Source of the DNA: an uncultured cyanobacterium
GTDB taxonomy: Bacteria > Cyanobacteriota > Cyanobacteriia > Cyanobacteriales > CAWUOF01
Direction of reading: 5' to 3'
DNA length: 64,000 nucleotides
Assembly (NCBI GenBank): GCA_963744145.1
Contig: CAVUSO010000001.1
Span: forward strand, 1,806,831-1,870,830
The notes under the pieces were generated by a model that was not told the DNA's origin, did not search any database, and was given only the letters and a program-made list of their open reading frames with translations. Shown here one piece after another: positions 48,940-59,514 of this stretch (the first letter of the stretch is position 1; every line of letters starts with the position of its first letter). Position numbers and translations under genes: made by a program.

Positions 48940-49191
48940 TTAATAAAATCCTCCCATACCCGCAAAGCCGCCCCAGCCCTGGCTGGATGTACTCTGGCTA
49001 GTACTAGAGTGCATCACCTGGTTGAAACTGCGGTTGGCAAAGGCTGGAGGATCGTTATAGTTAGCGGCATGGAGTAGATCCATCCGAATACCTACCAAAT
49101 CATCAGGACTACCATTTTCCACATCCACACACAACGCTGGTTGGATGAAATGGGGACGTTTAACGGGAGGAGACAATATAGGAAGTCGCAT
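48940..49191 (-). CDS. Hypothetical small protein (83 aa) in the PatB position
   Basis: Positional only. Confidence 0.3.
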   Translation of the reverse strand: MRLPILSPPVKRPHFIQPALCVDVENGSPDDLVGIRMDLLHAANYNDPPAFANRSFNQVMHSSTSQSTSSQGWGGFAGMGGFY

Positions 49192-49296
49192 GGTTGAGGA
49201 TTCTCCGTATGAATATTATGGATAGGATCAACAAACTTAGATGTCTGGACGAGAGTGCATTTGGTTTTTGCACTCTCATGCAAATTGTATTTCCTT

Positions 49297-51249
49297 TTAA
49301 TACGGTGAAGACCAGCTGCGAACTTCGCCCAAGGTAACTGGAATCAAATCGCTCACATCAATGGTGAAGCGGAAAATCTTCTTGGCGCGGCGGTTGTTTT
49401 CCGGGTCGAAGAACTTCAGTTTCACATCCCAACAGTCGCTATCCACACGACAGAAAGGACTCTTCTCCACGGTGATGCTGTCAAGTTCCATGCCCACTGC
49501 TACCGCTTGACTGAAGGTTTGTGCGGCTTGGAAAGCGTTGGTAACTGCGAAGTTGAGAGCGCGATCTTGAGATGTGGTTCCCAAGTTGCGGAGGTCGTAG
49601 TAGATGCGGTTGAGGAAACCATCCAAAGTCCTGCGAATCGTTTCTTCGTCAGCATCCCCAGTTTCCGCTTGAACTGCTGCCAATGCCGCACTCACCAGGT
49701 TGTTGACTTTCCATCCATAGATACCGCGGGTACTTTGGGGTTCAATGACTGGAACAATTTGACCGGAGTAGAGCTTGACCGTGCGTTTGGTTAATATACC
49801 TGGTATGCTGACGCGCTCAACGTATTCGGTATTAGATTCAGGTTGGATTTGACCTGATAGCAGTTCGTGAAGGGCTCGGTAGGATTCAGCACCGAAGGGA
49901 CCTGTGGGGTCGATCGCGTATACTGGAGTTAATTCAATGTTGAGTGTCCAAATTAGCGATCGCGCCTCCGAAATATTATCGTTCAGGTAGTCCACCATCT
50001 GGCGAGCATCGTAGGGGTTAGCCGGGACCATCACCCCTCCCCCCAAGTCAAACGGTGGCATCAGTTGCTTAAATGAGTCCCTCCGGGCTTCAGTTCCGAA
50101 GTCATAGCCGAGGGTGCCCAGGGAATAGACCAGCTGACCGAGATCGGCAAGTTCGCTGGGGGCTTGGCTGGCGGTGACAGAGTTAGCAGTGAAGTTGGGC
50201 ATCGTTGGTGGTTGGGTGATAGGGTTAGGAAAGGATTGAATCAATTCTTGCAAGTTGGGGGTGTTGCTGGGGACAGCTCCAACCGCTCCGGGCGTGGCAG
50301 CGATCGCTTCACTGGTGTTGGTTAAGCCACCAGTACAACCGCAACCTCCCGCTTCTACTGATGAGGCATCTACTGATGCAAATTCCTCAGCCATTTTTCC
50401 TCCTTTTAATAACGTTATGGCACCAGGGATGTTTAGTTTGCCTGCCAGACACCGTTTAGTGTCTGGCAAGTCTGGGTCGTCGCAGGGTAAGGCACTCTGC
50501 AACAAAATTTGCCGAATTTTGTGGGAGTCTGGGGTTTCTCCCTCCTCCTGCTGCATACTCAGCAAGACCGCTGCTACACCTGAAACGATAGGAGTAGCGA
50601 AGCTCGTACCACTCAGGCGCTGGGTGCCGCCCCCAGGTTTAGCCCCCAGGATATCCTCCCCTGGGGCAAGAATACCTTGTTCTTGGTAGGTTTCGCCCCA
50701 GTTGCTAAAATCCAGGGGTTTACCATTAGCATCCATAGCTCCCACCGCTAGTACATCGGGCAAGGCAGCGGGCACATGTAAGCAATCACAACCATTGTTG
50801 CCAGCGGCAGCGACCAGCAAAACATTGTTCTTTTGGCACAAACGAATGGCATTCTGAAGCCAGCCATCGGATTCGCCAAAATCAGTCAGTTGACCCCCAC
50901 TGATGTTGATCACATGGGCTCCAGCATTGATCGCTTGCTCTATTCCTCGCGCCAAATCTAGCTGAGAGGTCTTGCGCCGATCGTCGGCAAAAACCGGTAC
51001 AATTATTCCCTTACATTGGGGCGCAATCCCCTGGACTGGACTCCCCGGTTGCCCAAATATAATGCTGGCAACGTGGGTTCCGTGGGTGGACATACTGCCA
51101 TCGCTCTTTGCTTTTTCTTGCACCAATGTGGGTAGATACTTAATGTCTGCGCCTTGGAAGCAAGCATGAGTCTGATCGACAGGACCATCCAAAACTGCTA
51201 TACAAATACTGCTATCTCCCTGAGAGATGCTACGCAATTTATCTAGCAT
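49297..51249 (-). CDS. patA: PatA-like cyanobactin N-terminal protease: subtilisin (S8) domain + C-terminal PatA/G DUF
   Basis: ICIAVLDGPVDQTHACF (Asp), STHGTHVASIIFG (His), AAAGNNG (oxyanion Asn), LSGTSFATPIVSG (Ser). C-terminal domain homologous to the PatG-like C-terminus. Confidence 0.85.
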   Translation of the reverse strand: MLDKLRSISQGDSSICIAVLDGPVDQTHACFQGADIKYLPTLVQEKAKSDGSMSTHGTHVASIIFGQPGSPVQGIAPQCKGIIVPVFADDRRKTSQLDLARGIEQAINAGAHVINISGGQLTDFGESDGWLQNAIRLCQKNNVLLVAAAGNNGCDCLHVPAALPDVLAVGAMDANGKPLDFSNWGETYQEQGILAPGEDILGAKPGGGTQRLSGTSFATPIVSGVAAVLLSMQQEEGETPDSHKIRQILLQSALPCDDPDLPDTKRCLAGKLNIPGAITLLKGGKMAEEFASVDASSVEAGGCGCTGGLTNTSEAIAATPGAVGAVPSNTPNLQELIQSFPNPITQPPTMPNFTANSVTASQAPSELADLGQLVYSLGTLGYDFGTEARRDSFKQLMPPFDLGGGVMVPANPYDARQMVDYLNDNISEARSLIWTLNIELTPVYAIDPTGPFGAESYRALHELLSGQIQPESNTEYVERVSIPGILTKRTVKLYSGQIVPVIEPQSTRGIYGWKVNNLVSAALAAVQAETGDADEETIRRTLDGFLNRIYYDLRNLGTTSQDRALNFAVTNAFQAAQTFSQAVAVGMELDSITVEKSPFCRVDSDCWDVKLKFFDPENNRRAKKIFRFTIDVSDLIPVTLGEVRSWSSPY

Positions 51250-51590
51250 TTAAAAATGTTTATTCCCAAAATTAATAAATATAATCGCATACTTGTTCAG
51301 ATGAGCAACCTGGTAGTGATTGGGCATGACTCTCCTTTAAGTTAACTAGCTATTAAGTTTTTTGGCCAGTTGTTGTTTATAATACAAAGCGATAAAATTA
51401 TTTAAGCATACTAAATTGCTTATCGTACCAGGGAATAAAAAAAAATACAAAACTTTACAATTAACATCTGGTTGACTTTGATCACCAAATAGGTTATTAA
51501 AAATATCTTCCTTCAACTCCAATCTGAGTTTGGGATCATCCATATTACCCATAGAGACCTATTGTTCTTACGCCCCTACTAAAAGTTATC

Positions 51591-51840
51591 CTTGATAATA
51601 TTGGATAAATCGAGCGGGAATTTCTGGAGATATTCCCCAATGGAGATGAATATAGGAAGCGTATAATTGATATATTTGCCATCCTTCATATTCAATGACA
51701 CTTTGACGAGAATAACCCCCTGTTTTTAACAGAGGACTTGCTGAATTTTCACTTAAATGCGATCGATGAAATTCATGCCCAAATGCCCAAAAATATTTGT
51801 TCCTTGCTAATTATTATTTCTTCAGATCAAATCATGGCGA
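51591..51840 (-). repeat. Displaced ~250-bp copy of the 3' end of cobB (last ~80 codons) abutting the stop of the hybrid kinase gene
   Basis: Reverse complement encodes ...GYSRQSVIEYEGWQIYQLYASYIHLHWGISPEIPARFIQY.., matching the cobB C-terminus at 60064-60300. Confidence 0.75.
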
Positions 51841-54015
51841 TCGCATCATCGGTTCCAGGAATTTAAGAATACCAGCATCATCAAAATTATCGACAAAATT
51901 AATTAAACGAGTAGCAAAAGATTTATACTCAGAATTCAACTGCTCTAACCGATAAGCTTCATTTATTACTAGATCCATATCACCAATTCTACTAGCTTGA
52001 TAGATCTGCTCAAGTTCAACTACCGGTGGAAATATTACTTCTGGCTGGTTTACTACTTCTATTTCTTCATAATTCCACGTAATTTGTAAATACTTTGCTA
52101 AGAGATTAAATAAATATTGGGCATTAACTGGTTTAGCTAAAAAGCCATCAGCACCAGCATCGAAACTCATTTGTTGATCTACTTTTGCTACTGAAGCTGA
52201 GGAAACTACTACTTTTAGATGTTTGAAATTTTCATCATTTCTTAATTGTTTAATAAAATCAAAACCATCCATTACCGGCATAGCTAGGTCTGTAATTATT
52301 AAATCTGGTAAGTTCTCTCTGATTTTTTCTAAACCAACCTTTCCATTTTCTGCCTCACTAAGTATAAAGCCAATGGGTTCTAATAGACTTACAAGTACCG
52401 CTCTATTTGCCCAGCGATCGTCTATGATTAATATATGTTTTTGATCTCCATTATAACTAATAATATTACCAGCTCTATTAGAGTTAGTAATATTACTCGT
52501 CTGATCTAGTGCCGATTCGACATTGAGCGGTAATGCTAATTTAAAAAAGAATTTACTTCCTACTCCTAATTTACTCTCTATTTTAATCTGTCCGCCCATT
52601 AATTGTACTATTTGCTGACTAATGGCTAATCCTAATCCGGTTCCTTCAGTTTGACGAGAATGATCGCCTACTTGTTGAAAAGCTTGGAATAATTTATTGA
52701 TATTTTCTTCACTAATCCCGACTCCAGTATCGATCACAGAAAAATTTAGGGAAATAAAGGAATTTCGATCAATATTTGAGTTTAATCGTTCAATTTTTAG
52801 GGTAACACTACCTTGATCAGTAAATTTAATCGCATTACCTAAGAGATTAATTAATACCTGTCGTAATCGTTTCTCATCAGCAATAACCCCTTGAGGTAAA
52901 TTAGCATCTGGAGTATAATAAAAATCAAGTTTTTTTTGTTTAGCGCGGATTTGGGCGATTTCCACAACACTTTGCACTAACGCTGGTAAATTCACAGCAC
53001 TCGGTGCTAGTTCAAGTTTACGAGCTTCTATTTTGGAGATATCTAGAACGTCATTGATTAGATCTAGTAAATGAGAACCACACTGATGGATAACGTTAAT
53101 TCCATTTTTTTCGTTATTGGGAATAGCTTTAGAACGTCCTAGAATTTGGGTATAACCTAAGATTCCATTTAGAGGTGTTCTTAATTCGTGGCTCATGTTA
53201 GCGAGGAATTCACTTTTAGCTTTATTAGCATTATCCGCTAATTGTTTAGCAAGTTCTGCTTCTTCTTTAGATTTTTTCAGTGCGCTAGTGCGTTCTTCTA
53301 TTCGTTCTTCTAGTTCATTATTAGCTTGGGATAAGAGCTTAAATGCGTCATCAACTTGAATAGTTTTTAAATTTAATTTTTTTCCGAGGTCTAAGAGTAA
53401 ATATGCCACCAATACAGCGATAATTATAATTACCATAACTCCTAAATTTATTAAGCTAATAAACCACTGTGTTTCATCATTACTGAATCTCAACAAATTT
53501 TTCTCAAATTCAGCTAATTCGTTATTTATTTTCTCGAATTCTCCCAAGTTACTTTTTGATTCCTTCAGATATAAATCTATTGCTTCTTTTAGCTTACCTT
53601 CTTCTCTCAAGCGAAAAGTTTTGTCGGCAAGGTTTTCATATTCATTCTCTAGTTGTATCATTTTAACAATTTTTTCTTTTTCTTGAAAATCAGGATCTTC
53701 TTCTACCAGACTTTTTAAGTTTTCTTTAGCTTTTAAATAATTACCTCTTTCTCTTTCATAGGTTCGTATAGCACCCTCAGCATTACCCACAAGTAGATAA
53801 CCACGAACTTGCCTAGCCATCAAAGCTACTCTCAAAAGCATATTATTTGCTTCCAGAACAGTATCTTGAGTTATTCTTGCTTTCTTATAAACTTGACCTA
53901 AGTGAATAACACTTAGATATACTATCCCGCTAAACATTATCAATACTATAAATAAGATCGCTGGCAGCAAAGAACTAGGGATGAAGTATTTTTGGAAGTT
54001 ATTTTTTTCAACCAT
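51832..54015 (-). CDS. Hybrid sensor histidine kinase with CHASE3-like periplasmic domain, HisKA, HATPase_c and C-terminal receiver
   Basis: TM-flanked sensor, coiled coil, H-box SEFLANMSHELRTPLNGILGYTQIL, G-boxes, REC HILIIDDRWANRAVL...DLAMPVMDG. Confidence 0.8.
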   Translation of the reverse strand: MVEKNNFQKYFIPSSLLPAILFIVLIMFSGIVYLSVIHLGQVYKKARITQDTVLEANNMLLRVALMARQVRGYLLVGNAEGAIRTYERERGNYLKAKENLKSLVEEDPDFQEKEKIVKMIQLENEYENLADKTFRLREEGKLKEAIDLYLKESKSNLGEFEKINNELAEFEKNLLRFSNDETQWFISLINLGVMVIIIIAVLVAYLLLDLGKKLNLKTIQVDDAFKLLSQANNELEERIEERTSALKKSKEEAELAKQLADNANKAKSEFLANMSHELRTPLNGILGYTQILGRSKAIPNNEKNGINVIHQCGSHLLDLINDVLDISKIEARKLELAPSAVNLPALVQSVVEIAQIRAKQKKLDFYYTPDANLPQGVIADEKRLRQVLINLLGNAIKFTDQGSVTLKIERLNSNIDRNSFISLNFSVIDTGVGISEENINKLFQAFQQVGDHSRQTEGTGLGLAISQQIVQLMGGQIKIESKLGVGSKFFFKLALPLNVESALDQTSNITNSNRAGNIISYNGDQKHILIIDDRWANRAVLVSLLEPIGFILSEAENGKVGLEKIRENLPDLIITDLAMPVMDGFDFIKQLRNDENFKHLKVVVSSASVAKVDQQMSFDAGADGFLAKPVNAQYLFNLLAKYLQITWNYEEIEVVNQPEVIFPPVVELEQIYQASRIGDMDLVINEAYRLEQLNSEYKSFATRLINFVDNFDDAGILKFLEPMMRSP

Positions 54016-54310
54016 AATAATTATAGCTCTATTAGGAAGATAAATGCAAAGTTAACTATCGCTTCGATCGCTTGCTCAAAAAAGCCAACCACATCACATT
54101 ATTGACGATGACAAGTTCTGGAGTAAACACTCTTTTCGCAACTTTAACATATTACCTTAATTTTTAATTCATATTTCGCACATTTTTAGGTTTCATTACA
54201 TATTTTAATCTTATGGCGAAAATGGCATAAACTTAAACTAACCTTAAATTCTTTTACGCGCCATCATGGTATCAAAGGTTAGAGTTAAGAGTTTTTAACC
54301 CAGCAAATCC

Positions 54311-54430
54311 GTGACAATATTGGATAAATCGAGCGGGAATTTCTGGAGATATTCCCCAATGTAGATGAATATAGCAAGCGTGTAACTAATATATTTGTCA
54401 TCCTTCATATTCAATGACACTTTGACGAGA
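54311..54430 (-). repeat. Degenerate ~120-bp copy of the cobB 3' end (contains an in-frame stop)
   Basis: ttggataaatcgagcgggaatttctggagatattccccaatgtagatgaatatagcaagcgtgtaactaatatatttgtcatccttcatattcaatgacactttgacgagaataac aligned to 60071-60190. Confidence 0.7.
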
Positions 54431-54580
54431 ATAACTATTCCACTCCAATTACATTTACCCACTAAATTTAGTTTAGTAATTGGTATAAGTCTTCACCCAG
54501 AAGGGAAAACAGCACTGTTGCACATTAGTCAATTACAGCTTGAAATACGGGTTCAGTTTCCTAGAGATCCTGTGTCATAC

Positions 54581-56281
54581 CTAAGTGGTAAATCTTTGGT
54601 CAATATACTCCCCACCTTGAATAGCCAACCCCAACTCCAAAAGCTTTTCTAAAGCGATCGCTTGAGCCTGATGTATTTGACTATAGCTAAACAGAGCGGG
54701 AATCTCGGCAGGTAATAGAGGGACTAATTCTTGCCAAATGTATGGGCTACCGTAGAGGATCAGCGCTTGTAATTGTCCCGCATTTAGTAAGGACTCTAAC
54801 CAGAGCCGCGCTAGATCGATCAAACCCCTCGTATTCTGAAAGGGGTTAGCCTGGATAAACAGTTGCAGTAACGTGGGCTGAAGATCTTTGATAGATTCGA
54901 TCGCAGGCACTTGACTATCAACCCATTGCCAGCGATAGCCCCATCCTTGCGGTACTCTAATGGCAGGAGCGTGTATTCCTAGAAAACTAGCTTGCAATAA
55001 GTTGTCAACTACAATCAGATTTGTACCTTGCACGTTTGGGTTAGAGCTTGAAGGCGATCGCTGTAGCGGTTGGCGCAAATCGATCGTTGACGGAGCGTGA
55101 ATTGTCAGGGATTGCTCTAGAACGATGCGGCAAAATTCATCGGCTTGAGGTTGGGCTACCCTCTCAAACCAAGGGAGACTAGACTCGTTAACGGCTCGCT
55201 TTTCCTCTGACTTTTCAGTTGAGCGGAAAACCTGCTGTTTAGCTTGCCAAATCCGCTCCAGGGAGGCATAAATTCTTTCCCGACTCAAACGCCCTGTTTG
55301 CACAGCTTCATAAATTGCCTCAATTGTCCCAGGTGGATCAACGGGCATGAGAACGACATCTGCACCAGCCGCCAATGCCATAATGGGAGCTTCTAATGCT
55401 CCATAATGCCGAGTAATCGCTTGCATCACCAGCCCATCGGTCACAATCAACCCGTCAAACCCCATCTCTTGGCGCAATAACTTAGTCAACACTAAAGATG
55501 AGAGAGTAGCAGGATAATCTGGGTCTAAAGCAGGTACTTGTAGGTGTGCAGTCATCACCGAACTTACCCCTGCCGCAATTGCCGCTCGAAAAGGAGCTAA
55601 TTCTACCTGGTCTAGACGTTCTCGTGAATGAGGAATCAGTGGTAAGTCCAGGTGGGGATCGGTGGCAGTGTCCCCATGTCCCGGAAAGTGTTTAGCCGTT
55701 GTCAAAACCCTGTAGTCTTGGGTGCCTTGGATAAACGCCTCAATTAAAGGAATGACAATTTCTGGTGTTTCTCCAAAAGCTCGCAAACTAATTGCCGGAT
55801 TTTCCGGGTTATTATTCACATCAACAATAGGAGCCAGCAGCCAGTTGAGACCAACAGCTTGAGCTTCCTGAGCGCTAATAGCTCCCATCACTCTTGCATA
55901 CTGGCAAGCTTGGGTCAAATCAGATTGAGCGATCGCACCCAGAGCCATTGCTGGGGGCATCCAGGTAGCACCGGAGAACCGTTGACCTACTCCTTGCTCA
56001 ATGTCCGCTGCCATCAGCAGGGGAACTTGCGCCCAGCTTTGCATCTGTTCAATTCGTACAGCTAGTTCAGCGGTGCTTCCTCCCAGGAGAATCACACCCC
56101 CCACCCCCAGATCCTCAATCCAATGTCGTAGTTTGGCTGTAGGCGCTTCCCACTGTGGGTAACGGATTTCGCGATCGAAGAGATGCCCACAGGTCCGCAC
56201 CACTACCAGTTGTGCTACCTGTTGCTTTAGGCTCAATTCCTGCCAGGGAGGTAGGGAACGGTCGTATACGAAGTCACTCAA
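54581..56281 (-). CDS. Glycoside hydrolase family 3 (NagZ/beta-glucosidase-like) protein with C-terminal extension; TTG start inside repeat R1
   Basis: GH3 N-terminal domain blocks GVGGVILLGG, KHFPGHGDTATDPHLDLP, GFDGLIVTDGLVMQAI. Confidence 0.75.
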   Translation of the reverse strand: MSDFVYDRSLPPWQELSLKQQVAQLVVVRTCGHLFDREIRYPQWEAPTAKLRHWIEDLGVGGVILLGGSTAELAVRIEQMQSWAQVPLLMAADIEQGVGQRFSGATWMPPAMALGAIAQSDLTQACQYARVMGAISAQEAQAVGLNWLLAPIVDVNNNPENPAISLRAFGETPEIVIPLIEAFIQGTQDYRVLTTAKHFPGHGDTATDPHLDLPLIPHSRERLDQVELAPFRAAIAAGVSSVMTAHLQVPALDPDYPATLSSLVLTKLLRQEMGFDGLIVTDGLVMQAITRHYGALEAPIMALAAGADVVLMPVDPPGTIEAIYEAVQTGRLSRERIYASLERIWQAKQQVFRSTEKSEEKRAVNESSLPWFERVAQPQADEFCRIVLEQSLTIHAPSTIDLRQPLQRSPSSSNPNVQGTNLIVVDNLLQASFLGIHAPAIRVPQGWGYRWQWVDSQVPAIESIKDLQPTLLQLFIQANPFQNTRGLIDLARLWLESLLNAGQLQALILYGSPYIWQELVPLLPAEIPALFSYSQIHQAQAIALEKLLELGLAIQGGEYIDQRFTT

Positions 56282-56639
56282 CTGTCTTTTACCGAAATTA
56301 CAATTTTGCCATTATTCCCTATTATTGTAGGCTAAGTTGAGAGAGATTCCTCGAAAATCTATTTAATATGTCCCTCGCGATCGCAAAGAAGGACTCTCAA
56401 TTTTTGGCGATCGGGCTTTCTGCGCTCAAACGAAAAACCTAACCCCCTAACCCCCTTCCCTAGGAGGGAATGGGGAGTAAGAGAATTATTGAGCGCGTTT
56501 TCTTCGCTGCAAAGAGCATTTTTATGATACAATGGAAAAATAGATCTAAGAATTCTTGCTTCCCTTTCCTTTTAGTAGGGGGGCTGGGGGAGAGGTCAAT
56601 ATCCGCGATCGCTACATAACTATTCTTACCCCCCTTTCC

Positions 56640-57668
56640 TCATCCTTGACAATATTGGATAAATCGAGTAGGAATTTCTGGAGATATTCCCCAATGGAGA
56701 TGAATATAGGAAGCGTGCAATTGATATATTTGCCATCCTTCATATTCAATGATACCTTGACGAGAATAGCTCCTTGTTTTTAACAGAGGACTTGCTGAAT
56801 TTTCACTTAAATGCGATCGATGAAATTCGTGCCCAAAAATATTTGTTCCTTTCGATAATAATGGACTATCTTGTAAAGCAACTGCTTGTCGATAACCTAA
56901 GATCAAGCGAGAACTCATTACGGCTATAGTTGGTAATATTCCCACCATTTCCCAAGATTTACCGTTAAAGTCTACTATAGCTTGACACAAATACATTAAA
57001 CCACCACATTCAGCATAAGTAGGAATCCCATTAGCGATCGCTGATTTAATTGCATCACATCCAGCTCGATTAGCAGATAACTGCTCTGCAAAAACTTCGG
57101 GAAAACCCCCACCAAAGTATAATCCTTGTACTCCCTCTGGTAAAGCTGAATCGGTGAGGGGACTCCAAAATACTAATTCAGCTCCAAGCTGTTCTAATAA
57201 ATCTAAATTATCTTGATAATAAAAACTAAAAGCTCGATCGCGCGCGATCGCAATCCTTACTTTAATTGGTGATGTGAATTTTACTGCTACCGACGGTCTA
57301 CTCACTACATTTTTGAGCAAAGGTAAAAGCAGTTCCCAATTAAAACACTCCTTACCTAGATGAGCAATTTTATCAATAATAGTTTCTAAATTTAGCATTT
57401 CTGCCACAGGAACTAAACCCAAATGGCGATCGGGAATAGTAATCTGATCCTGTCGTCGAATTACACCTAAAATTGGTAACTGTAAAGACTCTAAAGCATC
57501 ACTGAGTAATTCCAAATGCCGATCGCTACCAACCCGATTCAGAATCACCCCAGCTAACTTAATCCGCGCATCAAAAAAACGATAACCAAACGCGATCGCA
57601 GCTACCGATCCAGACAAATGACTACAATCGATCGCCAAAACCACAGGTAAATTCAACAATCGAAACAT
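56640..57668 (-). pseudogene. Truncated paralogous copy of cobB (lacks ~120 N-terminal codons incl. the P-loop); part of a 1.4-kb segmental duplication
   Basis: ~97% nt identity to 60064-61085. Translation MFRLLNLPVVLAIDCSHLSGSVAAIAFGYRFF... equals CobB residues ~120-461. Confidence 0.7.
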
Positions 57669-57718
57669 TTCTTGTAACTAGATAACAGAGCCAATATTTG
57701 GATCTAAAAAATCAGTAA

Positions 57719-58795
57719 TCATAGATCGTCACATGGGCCAATTCCTGCTGAATCAGTGCCAGCCGTGCCGACGATTTCATCTAACGCCGCCCCCAACTGC
57801 TCAATACTTGGCAAAACATCCCGCAACCCCTCTGGAAGCTCCTGTTGGTATCGAGCAACCGCGATAGGTTTATTCACATCTCGTAAAGCATACTCCACAA
57901 TGGTTTGATTGCGAGACTTGCACAAAATCAGCCCGATCGTCGGTTGATCATTCGAGCGACATAGTAAATTATCCGCCACCGACACATAAAAACTCATCTT
58001 GCCCGAATACTCCGGCTTAAACTCTCCCATCTTGAGGTCAATTACCACATAGCAATGCAACCACAAATGGTAAAACAGCAAATCCAAATAAAAATCCTCA
58101 CCGCCCACTTCTAAATGGTACTGACTGCCCACAAAGGCAAACCCCACTCCAAGCTCTAATAAAAAATCCCGAATTCTTTCCAATAAAGCCTTCTCTAAAT
58201 CCCGTTCCTTCGCTTCTGCTCCCAAACTAAGAAAATCAAAAGTGTACGGATCTTTGAGTAGTTGATTGGCTAAATCTGATTGGGGCTTGGGTAACGTTGC
58301 CTCAAAATTTGTGATCGCCTTGCCCTGCCGCTGGTACAGTTTCGTCTCAATTTGATGCTCCAAAACCGCCCGACTCCAGCCATAGGCGATCGTTTGTTGG
58401 ATGTACCATATCCTTTCCTCTGGTTGTTTTACCTTGTCCAGCAAGATGCAGTTATGGAACCAAGGAATTTGTGCAGCAAGTTGCTGCACAATTAACTCAT
58501 CCCCCCATGACTCAGCAAAAGCCCTCATGTACTTGAGGTTGCGAGATGAGAACCCTTTCAGATCGGGGAACTCATGCTTTAAGTCTTTAGCTAGGCGTTC
58601 GATCACCTTGGAACCCCAGCCCTCCTGCTCCTGCTGTGTCAGAATTTCCCGCCCAATTTGCCAGTAGAGCAACACCAACTCTCGATTAACGGCTAGAGAC
58701 GCCCGAACCTGCACTGATCGGATTTGCTCCTTGATGTCAGCTAGCAACGCCCCGTAACCTTCCGGCACCATTTCAGAGGTCCTATCCAAAGTCAC
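57719..58795 (-). CDS. PDDEXK-nuclease-domain protein of the DUF1016 / YhcG family; GTG start inside repeat R1'
   Basis: N-terminal wHTH-like region plus C-terminal nuclease-like core (…DLLFYHLWLHCYVVIDLKMGEFKPEYSGKMSFYV…), typical of DUF1016. Confidence 0.65.
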   Translation of the reverse strand: MTLDRTSEMVPEGYGALLADIKEQIRSVQVRASLAVNRELVLLYWQIGREILTQQEQEGWGSKVIERLAKDLKHEFPDLKGFSSRNLKYMRAFAESWGDELIVQQLAAQIPWFHNCILLDKVKQPEERIWYIQQTIAYGWSRAVLEHQIETKLYQRQGKAITNFEATLPKPQSDLANQLLKDPYTFDFLSLGAEAKERDLEKALLERIRDFLLELGVGFAFVGSQYHLEVGGEDFYLDLLFYHLWLHCYVVIDLKMGEFKPEYSGKMSFYVSVADNLLCRSNDQPTIGLILCKSRNQTIVEYALRDVNKPIAVARYQQELPEGLRDVLPSIEQLGAALDEIVGTAGTDSAGIGPCDDL

Positions 58796-59064
58796 TCAAC
58801 TGTTTACCGAAATTACAATTTTGCCATTATTCCCTATTATTGTAGGCTAAGTTGAGATCGATTCCTCGACAATCTGGTTCTTTTAAACTAGAGAGCGTTA
58901 TCCACAATTGATTTGGCAAGATTTAGCGGATTCCAAGTTAATGAAGTACAGTCAGTTCTCTCGTTTGGTTGGGCAGGTTTATGAGTGGGACAGGCAAGAT
59001 GCCTGTCCGTAATCTGTTTGGAGCAGAATTGATTGGTGAACTGGCCCAACCAAATCCTGGTTGA

Positions 59065-59514
59065 TTGTCAATTGAATATGAGTCTATCTTTATGCAACTA
59101 CTTGAGCAAATCAATGAAAAGACAAGTAGTGGATATATTAAAGGCTTTTTATTCAGCAACAATATTACAGAAACTGAATTATTAGCTTGGTTAAAACGCC
59201 ATAGTACAAAATGGGAAGAAACCCCAGAACAATATGAAAAATTAGGACAAAAATTGATAAATATTAGCAAAGTTGCTAGGAGAGAATTGACAATATTTGC
59301 TGGAGAAGTTGGCCAGAAATTAGTTAAATCTCCTAATGAGAATCCTCCAGAAAATATTTTAGATGATGCAGAAGAATGGTTCAACAAAGGTAATAAACTA
59401 TATGATCAAGGTGATTTTCTAGGTGCGATCGCCGCCTACGACCACGCGATCGCCATTAAACCCGACTTTTACGAAGCTTGGAATAACAAGAGCTTGGCGC
59501 TGAATTACTTATAA
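59065..59514 (+). CDS. Hypothetical protein ending in a single TPR unit; probably a gene fragment within a ~900-bp insertion
   Basis: AEEWFNKGNKLYDQGDFLGAIAAYDHAIAIKPDFYEAWNNKSLAL is a TPR repeat cut by the stop. Confidence 0.3.
   Translation: MSIEYESIFMQLLEQINEKTSSGYIKGFLFSNNITETELLAWLKRHSTKWEETPEQYEKLGQKLINISKVARRELTIFAGEVGQKLVKSPNENPPENILDDAEEWFNKGNKLYDQGDFLGAIAAYDHAIAIKPDFYEAWNNKSLALNYL

Noticed and set aside
49500-50689. ORFs 49507..49794 and 50255..50689 on + and 49500..49691 on the minus strand
   Set aside because: Overlap the PatA-like protease gene, which has clear catalytic motifs in its own frame.
58938-59387. 149-aa minus-strand ORF
   Set aside because: Overlaps the + strand TPR-fragment ORF within the 900-bp insertion. 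It has low complexity, no motifs and no upstream signals; neither is convincing, but the TPR frame at least carries a recognisable repeat.
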